Numbered from the stretch's first letter, positions 18,947 through 29,439 are shown. The stretch: 63,457 nt of DNA from Candidatus Omnitrophota bacterium (GCA_018819285.1 JAHJQM010000023.1:1-63457), one strand, 5' to 3'. Numbers and translations: made by a program. The notes: a model not told the origin generated them from the sequence alone.

Positions 18947-19010
18947 AATTCCTTAACCAATTTTTAGATTGCTTTTGCAATCTGAAAAATTCAAAGGTGA
19001 CTGTACATTT
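18947..19010 (+). repeat. Element family C (conserved flanks, variable stem), copy 1
   Basis: aattccttaaccaatttt-[agattgc tttt gcaatct]-aaaattcaaaggtgactgtacatt. Confidence 0.7.
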
Positions 19011-21246
19011 GAGCAAGGATAAAAAAGATCTTATAGTTTCCATTGGATTATTTGTTCTGGCGCTGTTACTTTTGGCTGGGATGATTTCATACTCATCTTA
19101 TGACATCGGATTTGAAACATCCACTCCCAATATCCATATCCGTAATTATATAGGAATAATAGGCGCATATACTGCGTGGGCAATATTCAAACTAATAGGA
19201 TATGCAGGATTTTTTATACCGTTTCTTTTTATAGTATGGGGCATAGGGATTTTAGCTGAGAGGCTGACCGGGAGACTTTTATACAGAATTCTTGGCATTT
19301 TATTTTTATTTTCCGCAAGTTCCGCATTTTTTAGCTTAACAGCCAGGCCTGATTCAGTTTTAATGGTGTCCAGGGGAGGGCTTTTAGGGTTTTTATTGAC
19401 CAAAAGGTTTCTCTTAGATTACCTGGGAGCTATTGGCGGATATATAGTGACGATAAGTTTAACTATATTGGCGCTTCTAGTTGCCACGGAATTTTTAATA
19501 GTGCCTGTAGTTTCTATTTTATTCATGAAAATATGGACTGTGGCAGATAGGATAGGTAAGGTGAAAAAAGGAAGAGGCGTTGTTAACTATGCAAAAACTG
19601 AAAAACTTGCTAGCGGGCCGAGATTAAGGCCTGCGGTGAAAGTAGATAAAAAACCATTAACAAGTAATCAAAAGCCAGAGAAAAAAGATGAGATTGAGGA
19701 AGTGTCCAGGATAAATATAATGCCAAAACCTGTAGCCAAACCAAAACCTGCGCCTGTAAAAGTAGCAAAAGTTGAACCGAGAGTCGTGGGAGACTACAAG
19801 CTTCCAAGCCTTGAGTTATTGGATTTGCCTACTCGTGAGGTGGGAAATATTTTTGGGGAGAATCTTGAGGAAAGCGCAAGGATACTCGAGGATACGCTAA
19901 GGGATTTTGGTATAGAGTCAAAGGTTTTGGATATAAGCAAAGGACCTGTTATCACTAGATATGAATTGCAGCCTGCGCCTGGTGTAAAGGTAAACAGAAT
20001 TACAAGCCTTAGCGATGACATAGCCCTTACTATGAAAGCGACTACTGTAAGGATAGTAGCTCCTATACCTGGAAAATCCTGTGTCGGCATAGAAGTGCCT
20101 AATCTAGATACGTCTATGGTTTTCTTAAGGGAAATACTGGAATCCAGCGAGTTTCAGAAGATGGCAGCCTCTTCAAAACTGGCCATGGCCCTTGGAAAAG
20201 ATATATCAGGCAAATCAGTGGTTACGGATCTAGGGGACATGCCCCATCTTTTAATAGCAGGCACTACTGGTTCAGGAAAGACTGTTTGCGTAAATTCCAT
20301 GATAATGAGTATGGTTTATAATGCTACGCCTGAAGAATTGAAATTTTTAATGGTTGACCCAAAGATGGTAGAACTTGCAATATACAATGGCCTGCCTCAT
20401 CTATTGTGCCCTGTTGTGACTGATGCAAAAAAGGTCTCAGGTGCGCTTGGCTGGGTTGTGGGCGAAATGGAAACAAGATATAAAATGCTCGCAAAGATAG
20501 CCGTGAGAAATATAACAGCGTTTAACCAGAAATCAGAAGAGAAATTACCTTATATAGTTGTTATAATAGACGAATTAGCAGATCTCATGATGGTTGCCCA
20601 GGAAGACATTGAGAATGCTATCACGCGCCTTGCGCAACTTTCAAGGGCAGTTGGCATTCATATGATACTTGCTACCCAGAGGCCATCTGTAGATGTTGTG
20701 ACGGGCGTAATAAAGGCAAATTTTCCAGCTAGAATCTCCTTTAAGGTTGCGTCAAAGGTTGATTCCAGGACAGTCCTTGATATGAATGGCGCTGATAAAT
20801 TGTTAGGAAAAGGAGACATGCTATTTTTGGCGCCCGGAAGCCCAAAGCCCATAAGGGCTCAAGGCACATATCTTACAGACCCTGAAATAGAAAAGGTTGT
20901 GAATTTTATAAAGTCTCAGCAGGAACCTGTTTATGACAACGAGATACTTGAGCAGCAAAAAAAGAGCGTATCAGCCAGAGGCGGTTTTGAAAAAGATGAA
21001 TTCTTTGATGAGGCAGTGAAGATGGTACTGGAAACAGGCCAGGCGTCAGTTTCAATGCTTCAGAGAAGATTAAGGCTTGGCTATACAAGGGCTGCCAGGA
21101 TTGTGGATGCCATGGAAGAAGAAGGCATAATAGGCCCTTTTAGAGGCAGCAAGCCTAGGGAGATATTGATACAGGAATATCAGTCAAAAGAAGAGATTAG
21201 AGAAGATCAGAAGAATTTAACTACTCCAACCACAGAGCAGCAGTGA
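18997..21246 (+). CDS. ftsK: DNA translocase FtsK
   Basis: N-terminal TMs, PHLLIAGTTGSGKT, gamma domain (SVSMLQRRLRLGYTRAAR); in-frame TTG at 19009 may be the true start. Confidence 0.97.
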   Translation: MTVHLSKDKKDLIVSIGLFVLALLLLAGMISYSSYDIGFETSTPNIHIRNYIGIIGAYTAWAIFKLIGYAGFFIPFLFIVWGIGILAERLTGRLLYRILGILFLFSASSAFFSLTARPDSVLMVSRGGLLGFLLTKRFLLDYLGAIGGYIVTISLTILALLVATEFLIVPVVSILFMKIWTVADRIGKVKKGRGVVNYAKTEKLASGPRLRPAVKVDKKPLTSNQKPEKKDEIEEVSRINIMPKPVAKPKPAPVKVAKVEPRVVGDYKLPSLELLDLPTREVGNIFGENLEESARILEDTLRDFGIESKVLDISKGPVITRYELQPAPGVKVNRITSLSDDIALTMKATTVRIVAPIPGKSCVGIEVPNLDTSMVFLREILESSEFQKMAASSKLAMALGKDISGKSVVTDLGDMPHLLIAGTTGSGKTVCVNSMIMSMVYNATPEELKFLMVDPKMVELAIYNGLPHLLCPVVTDAKKVSGALGWVVGEMETRYKMLAKIAVRNITAFNQKSEEKLPYIVVIIDELADLMMVAQEDIENAITRLAQLSRAVGIHMILATQRPSVDVVTGVIKANFPARISFKVASKVDSRTVLDMNGADKLLGKGDMLFLAPGSPKPIRAQGTYLTDPEIEKVVNFIKSQQEPVYDNEILEQQKKSVSARGGFEKDEFFDEAVKMVLETGQASVSMLQRRLRLGYTRAARIVDAMEEEGIIGPFRGSKPREILIQEYQSKEEIREDQKNLTTPTTEQQ

Positions 21247-21255
21247 CAATGTATT

Positions 21256-21349
21256 AATTCCTTAAACCAATTTTGCCTTGCCCTTTTGATGATAACGCTT
21301 AAATATATTTTCAAAAGGGCGAGATAAGATTCAACTGTGGCTATACATT
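21256..21349 (+). repeat. Element family C, copy 2
   Basis: aattccttaaaccaatttt-[gcccttttga...tcaaaagggc]-agattcaactgtggctatacatt directly before ATG 21350. Confidence 0.7.
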
Positions 21350-22234
21350 ATGTCAGAGTCATTAGGTAAAATATTAAAAAGAACAAGGGAATCCAAGCAT
21401 CTTTCCATAGAAGAAGTATCCGAGAGAAGCCGCATACCTAAATATATAGTTTCTACCCTGGAAGAAGACAGGCTGAATGAAATAAAATCAGTTTTTTATG
21501 CAAAGAGCTTTGTAAAAACATACGCTACTTTTTTAGGGGCATTGGATGAAACGGGCATAAAAGAATATCTTGTTAAACCCGCTCATCTGCCAGAAGCGAT
21601 TTTAAGGCCAGTGGCAAAGCCTATTTTCGGAACCACACAACAAAAATCTCCCCCTGCAAAAGAAATACCACAGTTAGGGTTTTCAGGCATAATTAAATAT
21701 AAAAACCAGATAATAGCTATAATTATAGGGGTATTAGCGTTCTGGGTGTTGTCGTCAGCTATTATCCATGTCACTAAATTTATTAAAAATATACCTGTAA
21801 AAAAGCAAAATAAGATAGTTAAAAGCGCGTTTCCGTACCATAAGGGTACGGGGCAATCAACCCACCAACGCTCTGAACGAAAACCTTTAGTTTCGTACGA
21901 TTCAAGCTCTAAGGCGCCTGTAAAAGAGAAAAAAGAAAAAGCCGTAACTGTAAAAACCCAGCACCATAAGGATACGGGGCAGGCAGATGAAATAGAGATA
22001 GAAATTTCTGCTTCGGATAATACATGGCTCCGGATAATAAGCGACGGAGAGCTTATGTTTACAGGGATATTTAGGAAAGGTAGTTTAGATACATGGAAGG
22101 CAAAAAAAGAAATAAAATTGGAAGCAGGCAATTCCGGCGTTATTAAGATAAACGTAAACGGAAAACCCGCAATCTTTTTCGGGAAAAAAGGCGAAAAAAA
22201 AGAGGTCATAATTACAAAAGATGGGATAAGATAG
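21350..22234 (+). CDS. RodZ-like protein (HTH, TM, DUF4115)
   Basis: LGKILKRTRE HTH, single TM, C-terminal TWLRIISDG...GNSG; ftsK-rimO context. Confidence 0.85.
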   Translation: MSESLGKILKRTRESKHLSIEEVSERSRIPKYIVSTLEEDRLNEIKSVFYAKSFVKTYATFLGALDETGIKEYLVKPAHLPEAILRPVAKPIFGTTQQKSPPAKEIPQLGFSGIIKYKNQIIAIIIGVLAFWVLSSAIIHVTKFIKNIPVKKQNKIVKSAFPYHKGTGQSTHQRSERKPLVSYDSSSKAPVKEKKEKAVTVKTQHHKDTGQADEIEIEISASDNTWLRIISDGELMFTGIFRKGSLDTWKAKKEIKLEAGNSGVIKINVNGKPAIFFGKKGEKKEVIITKDGIR

Positions 22235-22273
22235 TTAAAAGTTTAAAGTTGCGGGGAGGAACCCAGTTTTTTT

Positions 22274-23527
22274 ATGGCAAAAACAGTAAGTATAATAAGT
22301 TTGGGATGCCCGAGAAATACCGTAGATTCGGAAAAACTCGTGGCTAGTTTTATAAAAAAGGGCTACAGATTTCAGAAGGATATATTAAATTCTGATACTG
22401 TAATCGTGAATACATGCGCTTTTATAGAAGATGCCAAGAAAGAATCAGTAGACAATATACTTATGGCGATAGACGCTAAAAAAGACGGAAATATAAAAAA
22501 GATTATAGTGGCTGGATGCCTTTCAGAAAGATATAGAAGAGAATTAGCCGAAGAATTAAAAGAAGTGGATGAATTTAGGGGTGTTTTGGATTTCAGGAAG
22601 CCTCAAAACCAGATCCTGAAACTTACTCCGCCGCATTACGCCTATATCAAGATTTCAGAAGGCTGCGCTAACAGGTGCACGTATTGTGTTATACCTTGCT
22701 TGAAAGGCAATTATAAAAGCAGGTCTATTAGCTCCATAAAGAAAGAAGCAACTAGACTAGTAAAAAATGGAGCAAAAGAAATTATCTTAATAGGCCAGGA
22801 TACTTCTTTATATGGCATAGATTTGTATGGAAAAAAGAGGTTGGGTAATTTATTAAAGGAGTTGGTTAAGATTTCAAAAGATATATGGGTGAGGCTATTG
22901 TATTTACACCCAGCGAATTTAGATAAAGAAGTTATCGAGATTATAAGGGATAATGAAAACATATGCAGGTATATAGATTTGCCGCTGGAGCATATTAATG
23001 ATAGAATATTAAAGCAGATGGCCAGGAGGACAAATAAAAGGGAGATAATAGCTCTTATAGAGCATATAAGAAAAGAGATACCAGATGCTGTTATTCGAAC
23101 TTCATTTATAGTTGGTTTTCCAGGAGAAAGAGATAAGGAATTTAAGGAACTTGTATCTTTTATAAAAGAAATGAGATTTGAAAAGCTAGGTGTTTTTAAA
23201 TATTCGAGAGAGGAAGGCACTCCAGCTTATGAGCATAAAAATCAGATTTCAGAAAAAGAGAAACAAATAAGATTTAACCGCATAATGTCAGCGCAGCAAG
23301 GCATATCAAGAAAGATAAATGAAAGATTTAAAGGCAGGGTATTAAAGATGCTAGTGGAAGAAAAAGGCAAGGGTTATTATATAGCCAGGACAGAATATGA
23401 TGCCCCTGATATAGACGGACTAGCGTATATTAAAGGCAAAAATTTAAAGATAGGGAACTTTTATAACGTTAAAATACAAGATACACACGAATATGATTTA
23501 GCGGGCAACTATGAATATAGCAAATAA
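22274..23527 (+). CDS. rimO: Ribosomal protein S12 methylthiotransferase
   Basis: SLGCPRNTVDSE, NTCAFI, CANRCTYC, TRAM-type end DAPDIDG. Confidence 0.95.
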   Translation: MAKTVSIISLGCPRNTVDSEKLVASFIKKGYRFQKDILNSDTVIVNTCAFIEDAKKESVDNILMAIDAKKDGNIKKIIVAGCLSERYRRELAEELKEVDEFRGVLDFRKPQNQILKLTPPHYAYIKISEGCANRCTYCVIPCLKGNYKSRSISSIKKEATRLVKNGAKEIILIGQDTSLYGIDLYGKKRLGNLLKELVKISKDIWVRLLYLHPANLDKEVIEIIRDNENICRYIDLPLEHINDRILKQMARRTNKREIIALIEHIRKEIPDAVIRTSFIVGFPGERDKEFKELVSFIKEMRFEKLGVFKYSREEGTPAYEHKNQISEKEKQIRFNRIMSAQQGISRKINERFKGRVLKMLVEEKGKGYYIARTEYDAPDIDGLAYIKGKNLKIGNFYNVKIQDTHEYDLAGNYEYSK

Positions 23528-24077
23528 ACTTACAATTTCTAGAATAATTTTGGCCGGCATTTTTATATGGTTTCTTTTTATAAAAGGCCCAAGCGCAAAA
23601 TTTACAGCAATGGCTATTTTTCTGGTAGCCTGCGCCACTGATTATTACGACGGTTATATGGCCAGGAAAACAGGCGACATTACTGCTTTTGGCAAATTAA
23701 TGGACCCTATTGCTGACAAGATACTTATTTTGGGGGCGTTCCTGGCTTTTGTAGAGATGGAGATAATACCCGCGTGGATGGTGATGGTTATTATAGCAAG
23801 GGAACTGGTGATTACAGGCATAAGGATTTTAGCGCTTTCGCAAAAAAGGGTTCTTAGCGCAGAGATGGGAGGAAAACATAAAACAGTTTCCCAGATGGTG
23901 GCTGTTGTATCTATGCTTATATTTTTAATAATCAGGGATCTAGGATTTGGTTTCAGGCATATGGAAGATTTTAAAATAGCTGTGTATCTACTGATGCTTA
24001 TAACGGTGGGTATGACTTTGACTTCAGGTATTTCTTATATGTCCAGGAACAAAGACATTTTTATGGGTGATAAATGA
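23511..24077 (+). CDS. pgsA: CDP-diacylglycerol-glycerol-3-phosphate 3-phosphatidyltransferase
   Basis: TDYYDGYMAR...GKLMDPIADK. Confidence 0.95.
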   Translation: MNIANKLTISRIILAGIFIWFLFIKGPSAKFTAMAIFLVACATDYYDGYMARKTGDITAFGKLMDPIADKILILGAFLAFVEMEIIPAWMVMVIIARELVITGIRILALSQKRVLSAEMGGKHKTVSQMVAVVSMLIFLIIRDLGFGFRHMEDFKIAVYLLMLITVGMTLTSGISYMSRNKDIFMGDK

Positions 24078-24532
24078 AAGACCGTTTATGTAAAACAATA
24101 GCAAGCGTTTTTTATATAGGCTATCTGCCTGTTGCGCCTGGCACGCTCGGGAGCCTTGCGTCGCTTGTTTTATATTATTTTATATGCCATGACGCATTAA
24201 TAATGGCCGTGGTTATCTTAATAGTACTTATACTCGGATTTATGACAACCGGCAGGGTAGAGAAAATTTTTGGAGAAAAAGACCCCGGGGAGATAATAAT
24301 CGATGAATTCGCCGGCATGCTTATAAGCTTATATCACTTACCTCCTACTATGGGTTATGTGGTTACAGGATTTTTACTATTCAGATTTTTTGATATAGTA
24401 AAGCCAAAGCCTATCAAGAGCCTTGAAAAATTAAAAGGCAGCACGGGTATCATGTTAGACGATATTATAGCAGGCGTATATGCCAATATAATTCTCCAGA
24501 CTATATATATAGTTAATCTGTTGCGCCATTAA
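24074..24532 (+). CDS. pgpA: Phosphatidylglycerophosphatase A
   Basis: APGTLGS, DPGEIIIDE, FRFFDIVKP, DDIIAG. Confidence 0.95.
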   Translation: MKDRLCKTIASVFYIGYLPVAPGTLGSLASLVLYYFICHDALIMAVVILIVLILGFMTTGRVEKIFGEKDPGEIIIDEFAGMLISLYHLPPTMGYVVTGFLLFRFFDIVKPKPIKSLEKLKGSTGIMLDDIIAGVYANIILQTIYIVNLLRH

Positions 24533-25098
24533 ATGTTCCGCAGGTATTTTTGTAAAATAATAGAATGTATAGCGCCTTTTGGATCAAGGTCGCTCTGGAA
24601 TAATGTAAGTTTATTGATTTGTATGTCGTCCTTTAAGCAAAAAGCTGTTTCCTCGAGCAGTTTTGTAAGGCGCGGCATATTCTTATTCGATTTGACCCTG
24701 CCTAGCGTGAGATGAGGCTTGAATTCGCGGCTTGCCCGCTCAAATCCTATTTTTTCCAAAGCTGTTTCTATTTTCTCGTTAAGCGTTTTTAAAAATTCCG
24801 AGCCTTTGTCAATACCGAGCCATATGACGGCCGGATGATTCAGGCTTGGAAAAGCGCCTATCCTGGAAAATACGATTTTAAAAGAATCGAAATTATCTGA
24901 GATATCGGATATTAAGTCAGAAATTCCCAGAACCTTACCTTTGTCGATATTTCCAAGAAACTTTAATGTGAGATGCATCTGGCTGTCGGTTATCCATTTG
25001 ATATCGGCATTGGATTTTTTGAGGATGGAAATAAGTTCGGATATTTTTTGCCTGGTTTGATTATCGATTTCAACTGCTATAAAACCACGAAGATGCAT
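24529..25098 (-). CDS. thpR: RNA 2',3'-cyclic phosphodiesterase
   Basis: Two HxT motifs (HLTLKFLG, PHLTLGR). Confidence 0.95.
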   Translation of the reverse strand: MHLRGFIAVEIDNQTRQKISELISILKKSNADIKWITDSQMHLTLKFLGNIDKGKVLGISDLISDISDNFDSFKIVFSRIGAFPSLNHPAVIWLGIDKGSEFLKTLNEKIETALEKIGFERASREFKPHLTLGRVKSNKNMPRLTKLLEETAFCLKDDIQINKLTLFQSDLDPKGAIHSIILQKYLRNI

Positions 25099-25173
25099 TG
25101 TCGCCTTTGAATTTTGTAAGTTGACACCGTGACATTGTCAGATTGTCAACTTACAAAATTGGCTAAGGGATTC
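25093..25173 (-). repeat. Element family C, copy 3 (minus strand), carrying a family A palindrome as its stem
   Basis: Reverse complement: gaatcccttagccaatttt-gt[aagttgaca...tgtcaactt]ac-aaaattcaaaggcgacaATGcat. Confidence 0.72.
25118..25152. repeat. 35-bp palindrome family A, copy 1
   Basis: aagttgacaccgtgacattgtcagattgtcaactt; contains the cinA stop. Confidence 0.85.
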
Positions 25174-26414
25174 ATAACTTCTTTCCTAATTATATTCAAA
25201 GCGGCTTGAGCGGATTTGTATTTTATGAGATCCCGGGTGCCGATAAAGCGGAATTCTTTACAGGTAGTTTTTGCTTTAGTTGACAGGGCTATATAGACAA
25301 GCCCTATTGGTTTTTTGTTTGTCGCGCCTCCAGGCCCTGCAATGCCGCTGATCCCTATGCCATAACCTGTACTAGCCAGAACTCTTACATTTTTTGCCAT
25401 TAATGCAGCAACCTGCTTTGAAACAGAGCCGTATTTTTTTATTGTATCCATGGGTATATCCAGGAGTTTATTTTTTGATGCATTGCTGTAAGAAACAATG
25501 CCGAGCTTAAAATAACAGGAGCTCCCTGGTATATCTGTGATCCTATTGGCCAGGAGACCGCCTGTGCAGGATTCAGCTATGGCTAGTGTTTTCTTAGCCC
25601 TTAAAAGGTATTTTCCAACAATCTCTTCAAGTTTATCATTATCGTAGCCAAAGATATAATTTTTAAGGCGCGATTTAATTTTATTTTCTATTCTAGCTAT
25701 TATTTTACAGGCAGACTTTTTGTTTTTCTCATTTACAGTGATTTTTACATGTATTTCCTCAGGATGCGGATAGATTCCCATCTGGACACCTCTGCCGCTT
25801 ATCTTTAAAAGGTCTTCTATCATTTCATTTACTCTTGATTCAGCGAGGCCTGTTATTTTTATAACCCTGGATTTTATAATTTGCCCTAGAGGAAATTTCT
25901 TTTTTAAATATGGAAGCGCAGTTTCTTCAAGCATCGGATAAAGTTCAAACGGTACTCCAGGGAAAGCTATTAAGACTTTATTTTCCATAGGGATTATGAG
26001 GCCAGGAGCAGTGCCTATATTATTAACTATTGGTATGGCGTCTTCAGGTAATAATGCCTGGCGCAGGTTATTAGCAGGCATTTTTATTTTACGTCTCTTA
26101 AAGTGAGTTTTTATGCGCTCAGAGATTTTTTTATTAAAGATTAGTTTTTTATTTAATGCCTTCTGGATACATTCAAGCGTTATGTCATCAACAGTAGGGC
26201 CTAACCCGCCGCTTGTGATTACTATTTCTGATTCACTGAGGGCTCTTCTTATAGAAGAGATGATAACTTCAGGATCGTCGGGTATATCCAGATGTTTGGA
26301 AGTTTTTATGCCTATAGAAGCGAGTTTATTTGAAACAAACTGGGCGTTTGTATTTGCAATATGGCCCAGCATTATTTCATTGCCTATACAGATTACTTGA
26401 GCGGGAAATCCCAT
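25146..26414 (-). CDS. cinA: CinA (MCF domain plus PncC NMN deamidase)
   Basis: IGNEIMLG, SGGLGPTVDD, AESCTGG, SGIAGPGG; probable ATG at 26414. Confidence 0.95.
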   Translation of the reverse strand: MGFPAQVICIGNEIMLGHIANTNAQFVSNKLASIGIKTSKHLDIPDDPEVIISSIRRALSESEIVITSGGLGPTVDDITLECIQKALNKKLIFNKKISERIKTHFKRRKIKMPANNLRQALLPEDAIPIVNNIGTAPGLIIPMENKVLIAFPGVPFELYPMLEETALPYLKKKFPLGQIIKSRVIKITGLAESRVNEMIEDLLKISGRGVQMGIYPHPEEIHVKITVNEKNKKSACKIIARIENKIKSRLKNYIFGYDNDKLEEIVGKYLLRAKKTLAIAESCTGGLLANRITDIPGSSCYFKLGIVSYSNASKNKLLDIPMDTIKKYGSVSKQVAALMAKNVRVLASTGYGIGISGIAGPGGATNKKPIGLVYIALSTKAKTTCKEFRFIGTRDLIKYKSAQAALNIIRKEVMNPLANFVS

Positions 26415-26449
26415 AGCCCATATTATATGCAATATTCAATCTATTGTCA

Positions 26450-26538
26450 AAATGAATTCCTTAGTCCAATTTTGCCCTCGTTGCTTCGTTTTGCGAAGCA
26501 AAACAGCGAGAGCAAGATTCAGAGGTGGCAATTCATTT
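26450..26538 (+). repeat. Element family C, copy 4
   Basis: aaatgaattccttagtccaatttt-[variable stem]-agattcagaggtggcaattcattt; 9-bp outer stem. Confidence 0.7.
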
Positions 26539-26599
26539 GAAAGAAAATCAGCTTAAGATGTGTCTAATATAATGAAAGGGGGTGATGGATACTTTGTGC

Positions 26600-26628
26600 T
26601 TTACTTTAACTTACTGTAAATGTATAAT
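26600..26628 (+). promoter_or_regulatory. Candidate recA promoter
   Basis: TTTACT-17 nt-TATAAT. Confidence 0.45.
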
Positions 26629-26733
26629 TTATGGTATGGAATTTCAAAAACCGAAATTCCAACCACTGAAAATCGCTTAAAAGTTATCGCGAAGCGGTTT
26701 TCCTGTATTCATAACAAAAAAAGGGGGGTTAGC

Positions 26734-27774
26734 ATGGTTAAGAAAGAAGAAAAAAAGGTAGTGGCGGCAAAGTCTGATGATAAAGAAAAGGCTATTGAAT
26801 CAGCTGTTTCGCAGATAGAAAAGCAGTTTGGCAAGGGATCTATTATGCGATTAGGCCAGGAAACCAAGTTTGACGTGGATGTTATTTCCACAGGCACATT
26901 GTCTTTAGACCTGGCATTAGGAGTAGGAGGAGTGCCGAGAGGAAGGGTTGTGGAGATATTTGGGCCTGAGGCAGGCGGAAAAACAACCCTTACCTTGACT
27001 ATAATCTCGCAGGCTCAAAAAGCAGGAGGTATTGCTGCTTTTATAGATGCTGAACATGCATTGGATCCGACCTACGCAAGGAAGCTAAAGGTGAATCTTG
27101 ATGATCTTTTAATATCCCAGCCTGATACAGGCGAGCAGGCGCTTGATATAGCGGAGATGCTTGTGAGGAGTAACGCAGTCGATCTGATAGTAATAGATTC
27201 TGTTGCAGCCCTTGTGCCACAGGCAGAAATAGAAGGACAAATGGGGGACAGGCATATAGGGTTACAGGCAAGACTTATGTCTCAGGCATTAAGAAAACTC
27301 ACAGCTATTATTGCAAAGACCCACACATGCGTTATCTTTATTAATCAAATAAGAGAGAAGATAGGAGTCATGTTTGGAAACCCTGAGACCACAACAGGCG
27401 GAAGGGCTTTGAAATTTTATTCTTCCGTGAGAATAGATATGAGGAATATAGGAGCAATAAAGACAGGCGATAAGGTTATAGGTAATAGAGTCAGGGCTAA
27501 GGTTGTAAAAAATAAGGTTGCCCCGCCTTTCAGGAATGCGGAATTTGAAATAATACACGGGGAAGGCATTTCAAGGGAAGGCAGTGCAATAGAACTTGGC
27601 ATAGAATCAGAAGTCTTGACTAAGTCAGGCTCGTCTATAATCTTTGGAGCAGAGAAGTTAGGTCAGGGCATGGAGGCTACCAGAGAATATCTTAAAAATA
27701 ATCCAAAAGTCTGCAGTGAAATAGAAAAGAAAATAAAAGAAACATTGGCAAAAGTAGATGCAGGGAAGAAGTAA
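26734..27774 (+). CDS. recA: Recombinase A
   Basis: [39 protein letters not shown]; ATG 26734 after AAGGGGGG. Confidence 0.98.
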   Translation: MVKKEEKKVVAAKSDDKEKAIESAVSQIEKQFGKGSIMRLGQETKFDVDVISTGTLSLDLALGVGGVPRGRVVEIFGPEAGGKTTLTLTIISQAQKAGGIAAFIDAEHALDPTYARKLKVNLDDLLISQPDTGEQALDIAEMLVRSNAVDLIVIDSVAALVPQAEIEGQMGDRHIGLQARLMSQALRKLTAIIAKTHTCVIFINQIREKIGVMFGNPETTTGGRALKFYSSVRIDMRNIGAIKTGDKVIGNRVRAKVVKNKVAPPFRNAEFEIIHGEGISREGSAIELGIESEVLTKSGSSIIFGAEKLGQGMEATREYLKNNPKVCSEIEKKIKETLAKVDAGKK

Positions 27775-27849
27775 TCTCGGGAAGGACGCGGAATTATGCC
27801 GAAATTAATTACTGATTTTCGCATATTTCCGCGATTAATAAGGAGATTC

Positions 27850-29292
27850 ATGAGGAGAGTTTTAATAGTTATCTCTGTATTTTCATTAGTTTCTTTGGCG
27901 TTTAGTGCGTATGCTGAACCATCAAAAGAAGCGCTGAGCCTCCAGGATGCGTTTGTAAAGGTTTCCAAAGATGTTGGCAGTGCAGTTGTCAGTATAAGCA
28001 CCGAACATACAGAGCGTTATCAGGCCAGATATTATCCTTTTGCGCAATTTGAAGACCAATTCTCCAATGATTTCTTCAATGATTTTTTCGTAGAAGGCCC
28101 TCAGAGGGAATTCAAAAAAATAGGCCTTGGATCAGGTTTTATTATTAATAAAGAAGGTTATATAATTACCAATGAACATGTAATTCATGGAGCTGATAAG
28201 ATTGCTGTTACATTGCCTGATGGCAGAGAGTTTGAGGCTAGTTTAACAGGTTCTGACGCATATTCTGACCTGGCTGTCATTAAGATTGAACCAAAAGGAG
28301 AATTATCGTTTGCAAAACTTGGCAACTCAGATGATGTCCAGATAGGCAACTGGGCGATAGCGATTGGAAATCCTTTTGCTTTTGCAGTAAAGAATCCAGA
28401 GCCAACGGTTACCGTGGGGGTAATAAGCGCTCTTCATAGAAGCCTTCCAAGGACAGATAAAAGGACGAGGGAATATTCTGATCTTATACAGACAGACGCT
28501 GCAATAAATCCGGGAAATAGCGGCGGGCCTTTGGTTAATATTTACGGAGATGTTATAGGCATTAATGTCGCTATATTCACTTTGAGCGGCGGGTCAGAGG
28601 GCATAGGATTTGCAATCCCGATAAACGCAGCTAAAAAAATAATAAATGACCTGATGCAGGGCAAAAAGGTTTTATATGGATGGCTTGGGGTGATTATACA
28701 GGATATGGACGCTAATCTGGCTAGCTATTTCGGATTAAGCGATAAGAGTGGAGTACTTGTTTCTAAGATAGTGGAGACAAGCCCTGCTGAGAAAGCCGGG
28801 TTAAGGCCAGGCGATATAATTATTTCTATGGATAATGACAGGATTAAGAATACAGAAAGCCTTATAATAGCGCTTTTAAAAAAGAGCGTAGGGGATAAAG
28901 TTACATTGGGCGTAACAAGGGATTCGAAACTTTATTCCGTTACCGTAGAGATAGGAAAGAGACCTGAGGATACATCTATAGTTGCGCAAAAAAAGACAAA
29001 GCCTCAAGTTGCTAAAAAAATTACTAAGTCATGGAGAGGGTTAGAGGTAACTGATATTACTGCCGAGATAGTTCAGCATTTCAAGATTAGCGCAGAGAGC
29101 GGCGTGATTGTCGTATCTATAGAGCCTGGAAGCCCGTCTGAACGCTCAGGCATAAGGCCAGGGGATGTGATTTATGAAGTAAGTAGAATGCCTGTAAAGA
29201 ACGCAAGAGATTACTCAATTGCCATAGAAAAAGTCTCTGGCGATGCGCTTATCGGGACTTACAGAGGTTATGTAGTGCTCAAGGAAAAGTAA
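27850..29292 (+). CDS. DegP/HtrA serine protease with two PDZ domains
   Basis: TNEHV, DLAVIKI, QTDAAINPGNSGGPL; signal peptide from ATG 27850 after AAGGAG. Confidence 0.95.
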   Translation: MRRVLIVISVFSLVSLAFSAYAEPSKEALSLQDAFVKVSKDVGSAVVSISTEHTERYQARYYPFAQFEDQFSNDFFNDFFVEGPQREFKKIGLGSGFIINKEGYIITNEHVIHGADKIAVTLPDGREFEASLTGSDAYSDLAVIKIEPKGELSFAKLGNSDDVQIGNWAIAIGNPFAFAVKNPEPTVTVGVISALHRSLPRTDKRTREYSDLIQTDAAINPGNSGGPLVNIYGDVIGINVAIFTLSGGSEGIGFAIPINAAKKIINDLMQGKKVLYGWLGVIIQDMDANLASYFGLSDKSGVLVSKIVETSPAEKAGLRPGDIIISMDNDRIKNTESLIIALLKKSVGDKVTLGVTRDSKLYSVTVEIGKRPEDTSIVAQKKTKPQVAKKITKSWRGLEVTDITAEIVQHFKISAESGVIVVSIEPGSPSERSGIRPGDVIYEVSRMPVKNARDYSIAIEKVSGDALIGTYRGYVVLKEK

Positions 29293-29294
29293 CT

Positions 29295-29329
29295 AAGTTG
29301 ACATTGTGACAATGTTAGAGTGTCAACTT
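29295..29329. repeat. 35-bp palindrome family A, copy 2
   Basis: aagttgacattgtgacaatgttagagtgtcaactt, 2 nt after the htrA stop. Confidence 0.85.
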
Positions 29330-29347
29330 CGGGGATGCTAGCATAGT

Positions 29348-29439
29348 AATTCTTTAGCCAATTTTGTCCCGCCCTTTTGGATAGCAGGCTGAAAAAATTG
29401 CTAAAAAGGCGGGGCAAAATTCAGCGGTGACAATTCATT
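29348..29439 (+). repeat. Element family C, copy 5
   Basis: aattctttagccaatttt-[gtcccgccc...ggcggggc]-aaaattcagcggtgacaattcatt directly before the alaS ATG. Confidence 0.72.

Noticed and set aside
26620-26733. N-terminal extensions of track ORFs (recA; likewise tilS, trpE, htrA, B2, cinA)
   Set aside because: They overlap promoters, a tRNA or upstream genes; downstream starts fit family N-termini or RBSs better
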